Origin: Bacteroidota bacterium
GTDB taxonomy: Bacteria > Bacteroidota > Bacteroidia > JAADEI01
Assembly: GCA_026992635.1 (NCBI GenBank)
Contig: JALWYU010000047.1
Span: 1 to 59,852 of the forward strand
Direction: 5' to 3'
DNA: 59,852 nt
Below, piece by piece: positions 8,427 through 17,912 of the stretch. Under the pieces are notes generated by a model, which was given only the letters and a program-made list of their open reading frames with translations, was not told where the DNA came from and made no database searches. The position numbers and the translations under genes are program-made. Numbering within the stretch: the first letter of the stretch is position 1; each line of letters opens with the position of its first letter.

Positions 8427-9128
8427 GTGATGCGTTGGGTTGTTTTGTGGTTGGGCTGGTTGGGTTTGGCGTGTATTCTGTATTCGGTGGTGGTGGGTTT
8501 GCAGATACGGGTTCCGGAGTTGCCCGTGTTGCATCAGTCCATTCGTGTGTTGTTTTTTCATGTGCCCATGTGGTTTGTGATGTTGCTGTTGTTGCTGGAG
8601 GCGTTTTTGAGGAGTGCGTGGTACTGGTGGCGTTCTGAAGCGATGGATCCGTTTGTGTATGTTGATCGGTTGCACACGTTGCTGGTGGTGGCGTTGTTGT
8701 CTGGGTGTTTGGGTATGGTGACGGGGATGGTTTGGGCGAAGCATACCTGGGGTGCGTGGTGGCATGGTGATCCCAAGCAGAATGCTTCGTTGATTGCGTT
8801 GTTTTTGATTGGTGGTTACTTTTTGCTGGAGCGGTTGTTGCCTGTGTATGTTCGTGCGCGGTTGATGAGCATATATGTGGTTGTGGTTCAGTTGGCGGTG
8901 GTGTGGCTGGTGCTGGTGTTGCCGCGGCTGGTTCCGTCGTTGCATCCTGGTGCGGGTGGCAATCCTGCGTTCAGTGCGTATGATAGTGACAAGACGTTGC
9001 GTATGGTGTTTTATCCGGCGGTGGTGGGCTGGTGGCTGGTGGCTCGCGTGTTTGCACACTATTTGTTTGTGTTTCGGCAACGGGTAGCGGAACCGGAACA
9101 GGTGGGTGGAAAGATAGGGAAGGGATAA
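8427..9128 (+). CDS. CcmC/CcsA-family heme-handling membrane protein (cytochrome c biogenesis)
   Basis: 233 aa and polytopic. Carries the Trp-rich signature WGAWWHGDPKQNASL. Confidence 0.65.
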   Translation: MMRWVVLWLGWLGLACILYSVVVGLQIRVPELPVLHQSIRVLFFHVPMWFVMLLLLLEAFLRSAWYWWRSEAMDPFVYVDRLHTLLVVALLSGCLGMVTGMVWAKHTWGAWWHGDPKQNASLIALFLIGGYFLLERLLPVYVRARLMSIYVVVVQLAVVWLVLVLPRLVPSLHPGAGGNPAFSAYDSDKTLRMVFYPAVVGWWLVARVFAHYLFVFRQRVAEPEQVGGKIGKG

Positions 9129-9172
9129 GCGTTGGGGTTTTGTGCGCGCGTATGTGTGTGTTGCGTAAGATT

Positions 9173-10039
9173 TCAGGCTGAGGAGGGGTTGTGGGTTTCG
9201 GAAAAGAGTTCGGGTTTGAGGAGTTCCAGGAGGTCGGGCGAGATGCCCATAGCGGTGAATCCGCCGTCGTGGTGGATGGTTTGCATGGTGAGTTTGGCAG
9301 CCAGGTCGGAAAAGAGGAGGACGCACAGGTTGGCGCAGTCTTGAGCGGAGGCGTTTCCGAGTGGTGAGAGGCGTTCGGCGATAGTGAAGAATTCGCGGAA
9401 GCCCGGTACGCTGCTGCCGGCGGTGGTCCAGGTTGGGGACTGGTTGATGGCTAAGATGCGTACTTGTTTCCGTTTTCCGTACCAGTAACCGAAGTTTCGT
9501 ACTATGCTTTCCAAGAGGGCTTTGGCGTCTGCCATATCGTTGTATTTGGGGAAGACGCGTTGTGCGGCGATGTAGGTGAGTGTGAGGACGGCGGCGCCTT
9601 CGGCGAGTGCGTCCAGTTGCCAGGCGTGTTGAAGCAGTCTGTGCAGGGAGATGGCGGAGATTTCCAGGGTTTTCTGGTAGAAGTTGTAGTCAATTTGTGG
9701 GTATTCGCGTTTTTTTCGGATGTTCATGGACATGGCGACGGAGTGGAGGATCCCGTTGAGTGGTCCGCGCGCGTGTTCCATAGCTTGCTGGAGGAGGTTG
9801 TGGACGTCTTCATCGCGAGTCAGGTCTGCGGGGATGAAGGGTGCGTTGAGTTGTTCTGCCAGTTGACGGACTTTTCCCATACGTGCGGCAAGAGCGGTGT
9901 TGGTGAGGATGATGCGTGCTCCCCAGTGGTGTGCGGTTTTGGCGACGTGCCAGGCAATGGATTGTTCGTCTAAAGCCCCTGTAATCAAGAGGGTTTTTCC
10001 AGCGAGCAGGGGTGTTGTGGGTTGGGTTTGGTCTGTCAT
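9173..10039 (-). CDS. fabI: Enoyl-ACP reductase (FabI-type SDR)
   Basis: The N terminus reads GKTLLITGALDEQSIAWHVAK. The protein is SDR-sized (288 aa), and the region YIAAQRVFPKYNDMADAKA has the Y-x6-K spacing typical of FabI. Confidence 0.85.
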   Translation of the reverse strand: MTDQTQPTTPLLAGKTLLITGALDEQSIAWHVAKTAHHWGARIILTNTALAARMGKVRQLAEQLNAPFIPADLTRDEDVHNLLQQAMEHARGPLNGILHSVAMSMNIRKKREYPQIDYNFYQKTLEISAISLHRLLQHAWQLDALAEGAAVLTLTYIAAQRVFPKYNDMADAKALLESIVRNFGYWYGKRKQVRILAINQSPTWTTAGSSVPGFREFFTIAERLSPLGNASAQDCANLCVLLFSDLAAKLTMQTIHHDGGFTAMGISPDLLELLKPELFSETHNPSSA

Positions 10040-10149
10040 GGTGCCGGTTTTTTCTGGTAAGGTACTAAGGGTGGTGCTTTTTGTTGGCTTTTGAAAATGC
10101 TTTTGTGATTACCTTTTGAGAGAAGTTGGCGAGTGGGAAAGCACGGAGG

Positions 10150-11016
10150 ATGGCTTGGTTTCGCCGATTGAAGGAGCGGTTGTTTCCTGCGGAGGCGGAG
10201 AAGCGGGATGTACCAGAGGGTATATGGCATCGTTGTCCTAATTGTAAAGCGATTGTTGCGCAGACGGAATTGGAAGAAAATCTTTATGTTTGTCCGCACT
10301 GTGATTATCATTTTCGGATGACGCCCCGTCAGTATTTTGCGTTGTTGTTTGATGGTGGGGAGTGGGAGGAGCGGTTTGAGGAGTTGCGTTCTATAGATTT
10401 TCTGGAGTTTCGTGATCGGAAGACGTATCATTCCCGGTTGAAGCAGATGCTGGAGAAGACGGATGTGACGGAGGCGATTGTAGTAGGTGTGGGGAAGGTG
10501 GAGGGTCGTCCGTTAGTGGTGGCGGCGATGGATTTTCGGTTCATTGGCGGGTCGATGGGTTCTGTGGTGGGTGAGCGGTTTGCGCGTGCGGTAGAGTTTG
10601 CGATTGCGGAGCGTATTCCGTTGTTGAGTATTACGCAGAGTGGGGGTGCTCGGATGATGGAGTCGGCGTTTTCGCTGATGCAAATGGCGAAGACGGCGGC
10701 GGTTCTCACGCAGATGGAAGTGCATCGTTTGCCCTATTGGGTGTTGTTGACGGATCCGACGACGGGTGGGGTTACTGCCAGTTTTGGCATGCTGGGCGAT
10801 GTGATGCTTGCGGAGCCGGGTGCGTTGATCGGTTTTGCGGGTCCGCGTGTGATTCGTGAGACGATCAAGCGGGATTTACCCCCGGGCTTTCAGCGCAGTG
10901 AATTTCAGCTGGAGCATGGGTTTGTGGATCGGATTGTTCATCGGAGGGAGTTGCGTGCGACGATTGTTCAGCTTTATCGGTTGTTTATGGAGGGGAAGCG
11001 GTATGGGGGAGGGTAG
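10150..11016 (+). CDS. accD: Acetyl-CoA carboxylase carboxyltransferase beta subunit
   Basis: Has MAWFRRLKERLF at the N terminus, the Zn-ribbon CPNCKAIV...CPHCDYHF, and GGSMGSVVGE and GGARMMES. The ORF track starts at TTG 10126, but ATG 10150 matches the usual N terminus. Confidence 0.9.
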   Translation: MAWFRRLKERLFPAEAEKRDVPEGIWHRCPNCKAIVAQTELEENLYVCPHCDYHFRMTPRQYFALLFDGGEWEERFEELRSIDFLEFRDRKTYHSRLKQMLEKTDVTEAIVVGVGKVEGRPLVVAAMDFRFIGGSMGSVVGERFARAVEFAIAERIPLLSITQSGGARMMESAFSLMQMAKTAAVLTQMEVHRLPYWVLLTDPTTGGVTASFGMLGDVMLAEPGALIGFAGPRVIRETIKRDLPPGFQRSEFQLEHGFVDRIVHRRELRATIVQLYRLFMEGKRYGGG

Positions 11017-11028
11017 TGGGGATGTGGA

Positions 11029-13425
11029 GTGATGGGTGGGTTCAGTCGGGCAGGCTTGTATATGTTGATGTTTCTGGTGTGGTGGTTGGGTGAGGGGCTG
11101 GGCACGGATGTGGGAAATGGGGATTCGGTGGGGTTGTTTCGGTGGGATACGACTATGCTGAGTGGAAAGATTGTTTTTGAAGGGCGGCGCCTGGTGCTGG
11201 ATGCGGGGGGTCGTCGGCTTGTATTGATTGGTGAGGCGCGTGTTGAGTATGGTTCTATGACCTTAGAGGCGCCGGTCATTGTTCTGGACTGGTCTGCGCA
11301 GGTGGTGGTTGCGCGCAGGGATTCGGGTGGTTTGGTTCGGTTTCGTGAAGGGCAGTATGAATTTTTGCTGGACAGTTTGAAGTATCAGTTGCGTACGGGG
11401 AGTGCGGTGGCTTATCAGGTTCGGACGACGGCATTGCTGGAGGAGAGTCAGCTGGCGGGGGGTCGCATCAAGCGGAAGTTTGAGCGGCAAAGTCGTGGGG
11501 ATACGTTGCGGGAGGTGTATTATGTTTCGTCGGGTGTGTTTACGACGTGTGATACGTTTCCTCCGCATTACTATGTGTATGTTCGTCGTGGTAAATGGGT
11601 GCCGAATCGGCTGGTGGTGTCGGGTTCGGGCTGGTTGACGGTGTCTGGCGAGCCTTTACCTGTTTGGTTGCCCTTTTTTTTGTTTCCTGTGACGAAGCAG
11701 GGACAGTCGGGGGTGATATTGCCTACGGTGGGTGAGTCGCCGGTTCAGGGGTTTGCGCTTCGGAATGGGGGTTATTATCTGGCGTTGAATGATTATGTGC
11801 ATTTTGCGTTGACGGGGGATTTATTCACGTCGGGGACGTATCGTGTATCGCTGGAGAGCTGGTTTCGTCGTCGGTATTTGCTGGAGGGTGAGATGCGTCT
11901 GACGGTTGCGCGTACGTACACGGGCTTGCCATTATTTCCTGAGACGCGGGAGTATCGGGATGTGGGTGTGTTCATGCGGTTTCGGTTAGGGGGTGCGTAT
12001 TTACCGAATTTGTCTGTGCATGGTCGTGTTGAGTTGACGACGCGGACGTTCTGGCAGAATACCATGTATGAGCCGGATTTGTTTTTGCGGAATAATGTGG
12101 CGTCGGGGGTTCAGCTGGCGTATCGGTTTGGGAGTGTGGCGACGGTTCAGGCTGGGGTTACGCATCGGATGAATGCGCGCAGTGGTCTGGTGTATTTGGG
12201 TTTGCCGGATGTTCAGTGGAGTGTGTATCGGCGCAGTTTGTTGCGTCGTCGTGGTGTTCGTGTTTGGTGGTCGGTGCATTCGCGTTTTTTGCATTTGTGG
12301 CGGACGACGGACAGTGTGTTTTTCTCGCGGTGGTTACCGATTTATGGTGAGAGGGGTTCGGGGGGCGTAAGCGGTTCTGGTTCGCCAGTGGATTTTCGGG
12401 TTTGGGAGTGGCGGACGACGGTTCCCATGGAGGTGTTTGTTCGCGTATTGCGGTATGTGCAGGTTCGTGGTGGGTGGACGCATCGGTGGAGTGTATTGAG
12501 TCATGGGTTGCGTTTACGGGATTCGGTTAGGGGTGTGCCAGATACGGTGTATGCGCCCTGGGGTTTGTATCAGGGTGAGGCGCGTTTGTCGGTGCACACG
12601 GCGGTGTATGGTTTGTGGCGGATAGGTAGTCGTGGCAGGTTGCGCCATGTGGTTCAGCCGGGTGTGGAGTGGGTTTGGCGTCCTGTGGGGTATCCGGCGT
12701 TGCCCACGTATGTGTGGGTGGATTCACTGGGTATCAGGCGTGAGTGGATGCGTGCGGGGTTATCTCCGCTGGGTGTGGAGGTTCTGGTTCCGGTGCATCG
12801 TGTGCAGTTTGTGGTGCGCCAGCGTGTAGAGGTGAAGAGGCGGAGGGAAGGGGGTGTAAAGAAGGAGGTCTGGGTTCCGGAGTGGCGGGTAGTGGTGCCG
12901 TGGTGGGTTGGGGATTCGGTTCCGTTTCGTGAGGTTCGTCAGACGGTTCGTGTTCAGCCTGGAGGGTTACCCGTGTATGTTCAGGCGGTGGTGGTGCATA
13001 TTCCTGAGGTGTATCCGCGGTTTTTGCCTGTGTCGGGTTTACGGTTGTCGGCGGGGTATAGTGGTGTGCTGGGCGAGTCGGTGTTTGGTGGGCTGGAAGG
13101 GTTTGGCGGTGCGCCGTGGGTATCTTTGGGGTTCAATGTTCAGTATGGGGAGGGAGTGGTTCGTCCTGTGGTGGAGGGGAGTTTGCGGTGGCGGGTTACG
13201 CCGCGGTGGCAGGTTCAGGTGTATTCGGGGTATGATTTTGCGGGTGCGCGTATTTCGTATACGAGTGTTCGGTTGTTGCGGGATTTGCACTGTTGGGAGC
13301 TGGCGTTAGAGTGGTATCCGGTGGGCTGGCGTCGTGGGTATTTTTTGCGTTTATCGCCGAAGGCTTCGTTTCTCCGTTCGGTGAAGATTCAGCATCGTCG
13401 TGAGTGGTTTGAGCAGTGGCGGTAG
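11029..13425 (+). CDS. LptD/OstA-like outer-membrane LPS-assembly protein (large beta-barrel)
   Basis: 798 aa. It has an N-terminal hydrophobic signal and an OstA-like segment (GEARVEYGSMTLEAPVIVLDW), followed by a long beta-rich aromatic-alternating C-terminal region. Trp/Gly/Val/Arg content is extreme. Confidence 0.55.
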   Translation: MMGGFSRAGLYMLMFLVWWLGEGLGTDVGNGDSVGLFRWDTTMLSGKIVFEGRRLVLDAGGRRLVLIGEARVEYGSMTLEAPVIVLDWSAQVVVARRDSGGLVRFREGQYEFLLDSLKYQLRTGSAVAYQVRTTALLEESQLAGGRIKRKFERQSRGDTLREVYYVSSGVFTTCDTFPPHYYVYVRRGKWVPNRLVVSGSGWLTVSGEPLPVWLPFFLFPVTKQGQSGVILPTVGESPVQGFALRNGGYYLALNDYVHFALTGDLFTSGTYRVSLESWFRRRYLLEGEMRLTVARTYTGLPLFPETREYRDVGVFMRFRLGGAYLPNLSVHGRVELTTRTFWQNTMYEPDLFLRNNVASGVQLAYRFGSVATVQAGVTHRMNARSGLVYLGLPDVQWSVYRRSLLRRRGVRVWWSVHSRFLHLWRTTDSVFFSRWLPIYGERGSGGVSGSGSPVDFRVWEWRTTVPMEVFVRVLRYVQVRGGWTHRWSVLSHGLRLRDSVRGVPDTVYAPWGLYQGEARLSVHTAVYGLWRIGSRGRLRHVVQPGVEWVWRPVGYPALPTYVWVDSLGIRREWMRAGLSPLGVEVLVPVHRVQFVVRQRVEVKRRREGGVKKEVWVPEWRVVVPWWVGDSVPFREVRQTVRVQPGGLPVYVQAVVVHIPEVYPRFLPVSGLRLSAGYSGVLGESVFGGLEGFGGAPWVSLGFNVQYGEGVVRPVVEGSLRWRVTPRWQVQVYSGYDFAGARISYTSVRLLRDLHCWELALEWYPVGWRRGYFLRLSPKASFLRSVKIQHRREWFEQWR

Positions 13426-13433
13426 CCGTGGGG

Positions 13434-13868
13434 TTAGTGGTTTCCGAAGGTTTGCTGTATCCAGTGGTGGATTTGGTCTCGGACTTTTCGGAAGTTGTGG
13501 ATTTGTTCGTGTGGTGTGGCTGGTTGGGCAGTGGGGTCTGGGAAGTGCTGATGGAGGTGGTGTTTGCCGTTGGGAAAGTAGGGGCATTCTTCACGGGCAC
13601 GGTCGCACACGGTGATGACATAGTCAAAGGAGATGTCCTGCAATTCGGATATGCTGTGTGTTTGCGGGTTGGGTATGTGGATACCGATTTCCTGGAGGAC
13701 CTGGATTGTGAGAGGGTGTACAGAAGTAGGGTGTGTGCCAGCGCTGTAGGCTTCGTAGTGGTTTGGGAAGAGGTGGTTGAGCAGTGCGGCGGCGATTTGG
13801 GATCGGGCTGAGTTGTGTGTGCAGATGAAGAGGACTTTTTTCTTTTTGGGCTGCTGGGGTTTGGTCAT
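13434..13868 (-). CDS. arsC: Arsenate reductase / low-molecular-weight phosphatase family (thioredoxin-coupled ArsC type)
   Basis: Has the P-loop VLFICTHNSARSQ (CX5R-S) and VITVCDRAREECP, where the Cys pair is spaced as in pI258-type ArsC. The likely start is ATG 13868-13866 (MTKPQQPKKKK), which overlaps the TGA of the upstream SNF2 gene. Confidence 0.8.
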   Translation of the reverse strand: MTKPQQPKKKKVLFICTHNSARSQIAAALLNHLFPNHYEAYSAGTHPTSVHPLTIQVLQEIGIHIPNPQTHSISELQDISFDYVITVCDRAREECPYFPNGKHHLHQHFPDPTAQPATPHEQIHNFRKVRDQIHHWIQQTFGNH

Positions 13869-16800
13869 GGTTTGGCGAGTTCTGGTTGGTTTTCTTCTTG
13901 TTTTTCTGTTGTGTTTTGCTGTGGGGTGGATAGGAGGAGGTTGATGAGTTCGTGGAGGTGGTCGGTGGATAGGCTTTGCCACGTTCTGGAGGAGGGTCTT
14001 TCTGTGATGAGGAGGTTGAAAAGGTGTTGTTTGCGTTGCTGGAGCTGGAGGACCTGTTCTTCAATGGTGTCTTTGGCGATGAGCCGGTAGATGAAGACGG
14101 GTTTTTGTTGTCCGACGCGGTGTGTTCGGTCTGCGGCTTGTCGTTCTATGGCGGGGTTCCACCAGGGGTCTAAGATGATGACGTAGTCGGCGGCGGTGAG
14201 GTTCAGACCGAAGCCACCGGCTTTGAGTGTGAGGAGGAAGAGGGGTGTATTGGGGTCGGTGGTGAAGGTGTGGATGGCTTGCTGGCGTTGTTTGGGGGTG
14301 GATTGTCCGGTGAGGGTGACGTAGTTCCAGCCGTGTTCTTTGAGGAGTGTGGTGAGCAGTTCCAGGGTTTTGAGGAAGCTGGAGAAGATGAGCACTTTGT
14401 GTCCTTCGGCGATGATGTCGGGCAGGAGGATGTGGAGCTGGTCAAATTTTGCGGAGGCGCCTGAGTAGGTGTCATCCAGGAGTTTGGGGTGGATGGCGGC
14501 TTGGCGTAGTCGGAGGAGGGCATTGAGGATTTGCATTCGTGCTTCGTGGAGGTTTTTGGTCTGGAGGAGGTGGCGTACGGTTTGCTGGAAGTGGTGGAAG
14601 GTTTTCTGGTAGAAGGTCTGGTGGTCGGGCGGGAGTGTGCACAGGATGGTGTGTTCGGTTCGTGGCGGGAGTTCTTTGAGGACCATGTCTTTGGTTCGTC
14701 GGAGGATGAGTGGCTGGATGTAGTGGCGGAGTGTTTCCAGTGTACGTGTGGTGTGGCGGGTTGCAGTGCCTTTTTTGATTTTTTGTTCTGCGCTCAAGAA
14801 GAGTTTGGAGAATACGCGGTGTGTTCCGAGTATGCCGGGCATGAGCAGAGACAGTTGTGTCCAGAGGTCGTTGAGGGAGTTTTCAATGGGTGTTCCGGTG
14901 AGTGCGAGTTTGAACTGGGCGTTGATCTGGAGGAGGGCTTGAGCGGTTTTGGATGTCCATTGTTTGACCATTGCTGAGGATTCGTCCAGGATGAGACAGT
15001 GGAAGGTGTGTTGTTTGAGATGGTGGATGTCGTTTCGGACGAGTCCGTAGGTGGTGATGATGAGGTCGGTGTTCTGGAGGTTGAGGGATTGTCGGGAGGA
15101 GCCATCGTAAAGGGTGATTCGGAGGTGTGGTGTGAAGTGGTGGGCTTCGGCTTGCCACTGGTGGACTAAGGATCGGGGTACGACGATCAGGTCGGGGTGT
15201 TCCGGGTGTTTTTCTTCGCGGAGGCTGGCGAGGAAGGCGAGGACCTGGACGGTTTTGCCGAGTCCCATGTCGTCGGCGAGGATTCCGCCGAGCTGGTGGT
15301 CGTAGAGTAGGCGCAGCCAGTAGTAACCTTCTTTCTGGTAGGGGCGAAGTGTTCCGTGGAAGTGTTTGGGCAGGGGGTAGTGTGGTAGTTGCTGGATTTT
15401 AGTGAGTTGCTCATAGCGGGCAAGGTAGGTTGTGGTTTGGGTTTTCCAGTGGAGGGTGACCAGGTCACTGGCTTTGTGGAGGAGTTCAAGGAGTGGGGTG
15501 TTGTGCTGGTGGATGCGGTTGCCGTTCTGGATGAGGAGTTCCAGTTGTTCCAGGAGTTGCTGGAGGGTGGGGTGGATTGTTTTGCGGGATCCGTCTGCCA
15601 GCTGGAGGTACTTTTCGGGTTTGTCTTTGAGGGCTTTCCACTGGTTAAGGGCGTCTATGAGGTCTATGGAGGCGGTCTGGTTATTGGGTAGTTGCCAGGT
15701 GATTGTTCCTGCGAGCTGGAGCCAGTCTATGCCTGATCCTGGTTTGGAAAGTGTGATGTGTACTTGTGGTGGTGTGGGGTTGAGTTGCTGGATCAGGTCT
15801 TCGGGGCAGAATACGTCTATGCCCAGTTTTGCGATTTGGGGAATGTGTTTTTCCAGGAAGGTGATGGGTGGGATGGAGGATCGGACTGGTAGGAGGTAGT
15901 TGCGGTCGCGTCGTGCGTAGGTGAGTCCGGTTTCTTTGTTAGAGGTGAGTTTTCGGTAGATGCGTTTTTCGGCGGATAGGTCTCTTATGACGATGTAGAA
16001 ACGGTCGTTGTGCTTGATGATGTCGGCGTACTGGTTTTGGTTTTGGAAGTCTACTTCTACGGGTCCGTACTGGAATCGGAGTCGTGCGTGGAGTTTGTTG
16101 TTGTGGAGTTCTAAGTAAAGTCGGGCGGTGGGCGTTTCCGATTCAATGACTTTAAAGATGAGGTTGGTGTCTGGGTTCATGAAGGTGATGTTGTCAATGT
16201 CGCGTTTTTTCTGCCCCAGTGTTCGGATGATGTTGATGAATTCGTCTTCGGGGATGATTTTGCCGAGGTGTTGGGTTAGGGGGTTACTGGTTTTGTTGCC
16301 AAAAATTGGATGGGCAACAATAAGTCTGTGAGGATGCAGACGGCTTTCTGAAAGGAGGTAGGCGGCGGTATAGCCTTTGGGGTGTGAACTGAGGGGGTGC
16401 AGGATTTTTGATAGGAAGGCACTTGAGATTTTGAGGAGGAGTCGCTCAAAGGTAAAAAAGTGTTTGCCGTTGGGGTCTTTTCCCAGGTGGACTGCTATGA
16501 TCTGGGAGAATAGGAAGAAGTCGTGGAAAGGCTGGAAGATAAGGAGTCGGTGGTGCTTCGTTTCTTCTTCGGTAACGGGGAGGAGTTGTTTATGGAGGAA
16601 TACGGGGATCCAGTCGTTGGAAGTCATTGCATTCAGGAGTGTATAGAGGAAGTGGGCGAATTCGGTTCGGGGGATGCCTTTTTCTTCGGAGAGGTTGTGT
16701 TCCTGAAAGAACTGCAGGACGGTTTGGAAGAAGCGCTGGGGTTTGTGGATATTGGCGAGAGTGTTTTGGTCTGGTGGGAAGAGTGTTTTAGGTAGTTCGT

Positions 16801-17470
16801 TTTTCTGGAGGCGTTCAGAGATGGTTCGGTGAATCGTCTGTCTTAACCTGATGGGTTTGTTCAAAAGTGATGCGGATATTGTGATGAATGTGGGGTGGGC
16901 GGTCCACAGGTAGGCGTTGAGTAATCGGCTGGCGGAAGGGAGGTCTGTCTGGTGTTGGGGGGGTGCGATGACCAGTGCCCAGATTGTTGCGTCCTTAGTG
17001 GTTTGCTGCTGTTTTTTGGCTTTTTTTCGTTGGGAAGCTTTGGCGGGTTTGGTGGTTTGTTTGTTTTTGGGTTTTTCGCCGCCGTTGAGTCGCTGTACGA
17101 AGGCATGCCATTGGCTTGGAGAAGTATTCCAGAGTGTGTGGATTTTGTCGCGGAGTGCGGCGAGGCGCATTGCGCAAGCCACCTCGTGATAGCAGAGCAG
17201 GTTGTGGGTAGCCTGTGGACAGTTGCATTGTAAGGAGAGCAGATAGTGGTTGTTGTTGGTTTTTACGATGATGCCATGAATGACAAAGTCTTCATTGAAG
17301 GGGTAGTACGATTGGGCGTAGGCGACGAACTCTAATTTCTGTTTGGAGCGCTGTCGGAATTTGCCGAAGCGAATGGTTTTGGGGGATACGGAAGTGAGCA
17401 CATTGCGGAAATTGTCTTTACCCACATGTGTCTGGAGTTCGTGGAGGTCCAGTGGGCATTTGTAGATCAT
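13865..17470 (-). CDS. SNF2-family helicase with N-terminal SWIM zinc finger
   Basis: 1201 aa. The SWIM motif is CNCPQATHNLLCYHEVAC. Helicase motifs are LADDMGLGKT, DESSAM (DExx), and the C-terminal LKAGGFGLNLTAADYVIILDPWWNPAIERQAADRTHRVGQ. Confidence 0.9.
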   Translation of the reverse strand: MIYKCPLDLHELQTHVGKDNFRNVLTSVSPKTIRFGKFRQRSKQKLEFVAYAQSYYPFNEDFVIHGIIVKTNNNHYLLSLQCNCPQATHNLLCYHEVACAMRLAALRDKIHTLWNTSPSQWHAFVQRLNGGEKPKNKQTTKPAKASQRKKAKKQQQTTKDATIWALVIAPPQHQTDLPSASRLLNAYLWTAHPTFITISASLLNKPIRLRQTIHRTISERLQKNELPKTLFPPDQNTLANIHKPQRFFQTVLQFFQEHNLSEEKGIPRTEFAHFLYTLLNAMTSNDWIPVFLHKQLLPVTEEETKHHRLLIFQPFHDFFLFSQIIAVHLGKDPNGKHFFTFERLLLKISSAFLSKILHPLSSHPKGYTAAYLLSESRLHPHRLIVAHPIFGNKTSNPLTQHLGKIIPEDEFINIIRTLGQKKRDIDNITFMNPDTNLIFKVIESETPTARLYLELHNNKLHARLRFQYGPVEVDFQNQNQYADIIKHNDRFYIVIRDLSAEKRIYRKLTSNKETGLTYARRDRNYLLPVRSSIPPITFLEKHIPQIAKLGIDVFCPEDLIQQLNPTPPQVHITLSKPGSGIDWLQLAGTITWQLPNNQTASIDLIDALNQWKALKDKPEKYLQLADGSRKTIHPTLQQLLEQLELLIQNGNRIHQHNTPLLELLHKASDLVTLHWKTQTTTYLARYEQLTKIQQLPHYPLPKHFHGTLRPYQKEGYYWLRLLYDHQLGGILADDMGLGKTVQVLAFLASLREEKHPEHPDLIVVPRSLVHQWQAEAHHFTPHLRITLYDGSSRQSLNLQNTDLIITTYGLVRNDIHHLKQHTFHCLILDESSAMVKQWTSKTAQALLQINAQFKLALTGTPIENSLNDLWTQLSLLMPGILGTHRVFSKLFLSAEQKIKKGTATRHTTRTLETLRHYIQPLILRRTKDMVLKELPPRTEHTILCTLPPDHQTFYQKTFHHFQQTVRHLLQTKNLHEARMQILNALLRLRQAAIHPKLLDDTYSGASAKFDQLHILLPDIIAEGHKVLIFSSFLKTLELLTTLLKEHGWNYVTLTGQSTPKQRQQAIHTFTTDPNTPLFLLTLKAGGFGLNLTAADYVIILDPWWNPAIERQAADRTHRVGQQKPVFIYRLIAKDTIEEQVLQLQQRKQHLFNLLITERPSSRTWQSLSTDHLHELINLLLSTPQQNTTEKQEENQPELAKP

Positions 17471-17599
17471 GGCAGGCGATTCTTGTTGTTGCCGGGTCAG
17501 TCTGTTTTTTCAGATAAGTTAAAGCCGGAGGGAGAGGGAACTTTTATTGTGATCCAAGGTCTTTTTGAAAAAGAGAGCCGGTTTAAAAATGGAGGAGTC

Positions 17600-17782
17600 A
17601 TGTGTAACGTAGGGAAGGTGGATCGTGTGGTTCGTGCGGTGATGGGGTTGGGGTTGCTTGGGCTGGGTGCGTACTTGAAGTGGCACTGGTTACCGTTGGT
17701 GGCGGGTGGAGTGTTGCTGTTGACGGCGGTGCTGAGTTTTTGTCCGTTGTATAAGTTGTTTGGGTTGAGTACGTGCAGGTAG
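17600..17782 (+). CDS. DUF2892/YgaP-like small membrane protein
   Basis: 60 aa beginning MCNVGKVDRVVRAVMGLGLLGLGAY and ending LSFCPLYKLFGLSTC, preceded by GGAGGA 5 nt upstream. The ORF-track start at 17426 is an upstream extension. Confidence 0.6.
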   Translation: MCNVGKVDRVVRAVMGLGLLGLGAYLKWHWLPLVAGGVLLLTAVLSFCPLYKLFGLSTCR

Positions 17783-17801
17783 GGGTTTTTGTGGGCTGGG
17801 T

Positions 17802-17891
17802 TGGCGTGGGCGTTGGGCGCTGGCTTGCAGGGAGTTGTGGCGCCGTACGGCGCCACAACTCCCTGCAAGCCAGCGCCCAACGCCCACGCCA
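17802..17891. repeat. Perfect 90-bp palindrome (two 45-nt arms with no spacer)
   Basis: I paired every position i with 35693-i from 17802 to 17891, and all 45 pairs are Watson-Crick. The centre is GGCGCCGT|ACGGCGCC. The outer arms contain tandem GGCGT(T)G units. Confidence 0.95.
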
Positions 17892-17912
17892 GAAAAGAAA
17901 AATCCCAAGAAT

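Noticed and set aside
8049-9326. 425-aa minus-strand ORF spanning the hydrolase and CcmC-like genes
   Set aside because: It lies antisense to two plus-strand genes that carry recognisable motifs. Its sequence is low-complexity H/Q/R/P/T, as expected when the A+C-rich complement of G+T-rich DNA is read, because stop codons are rare there.
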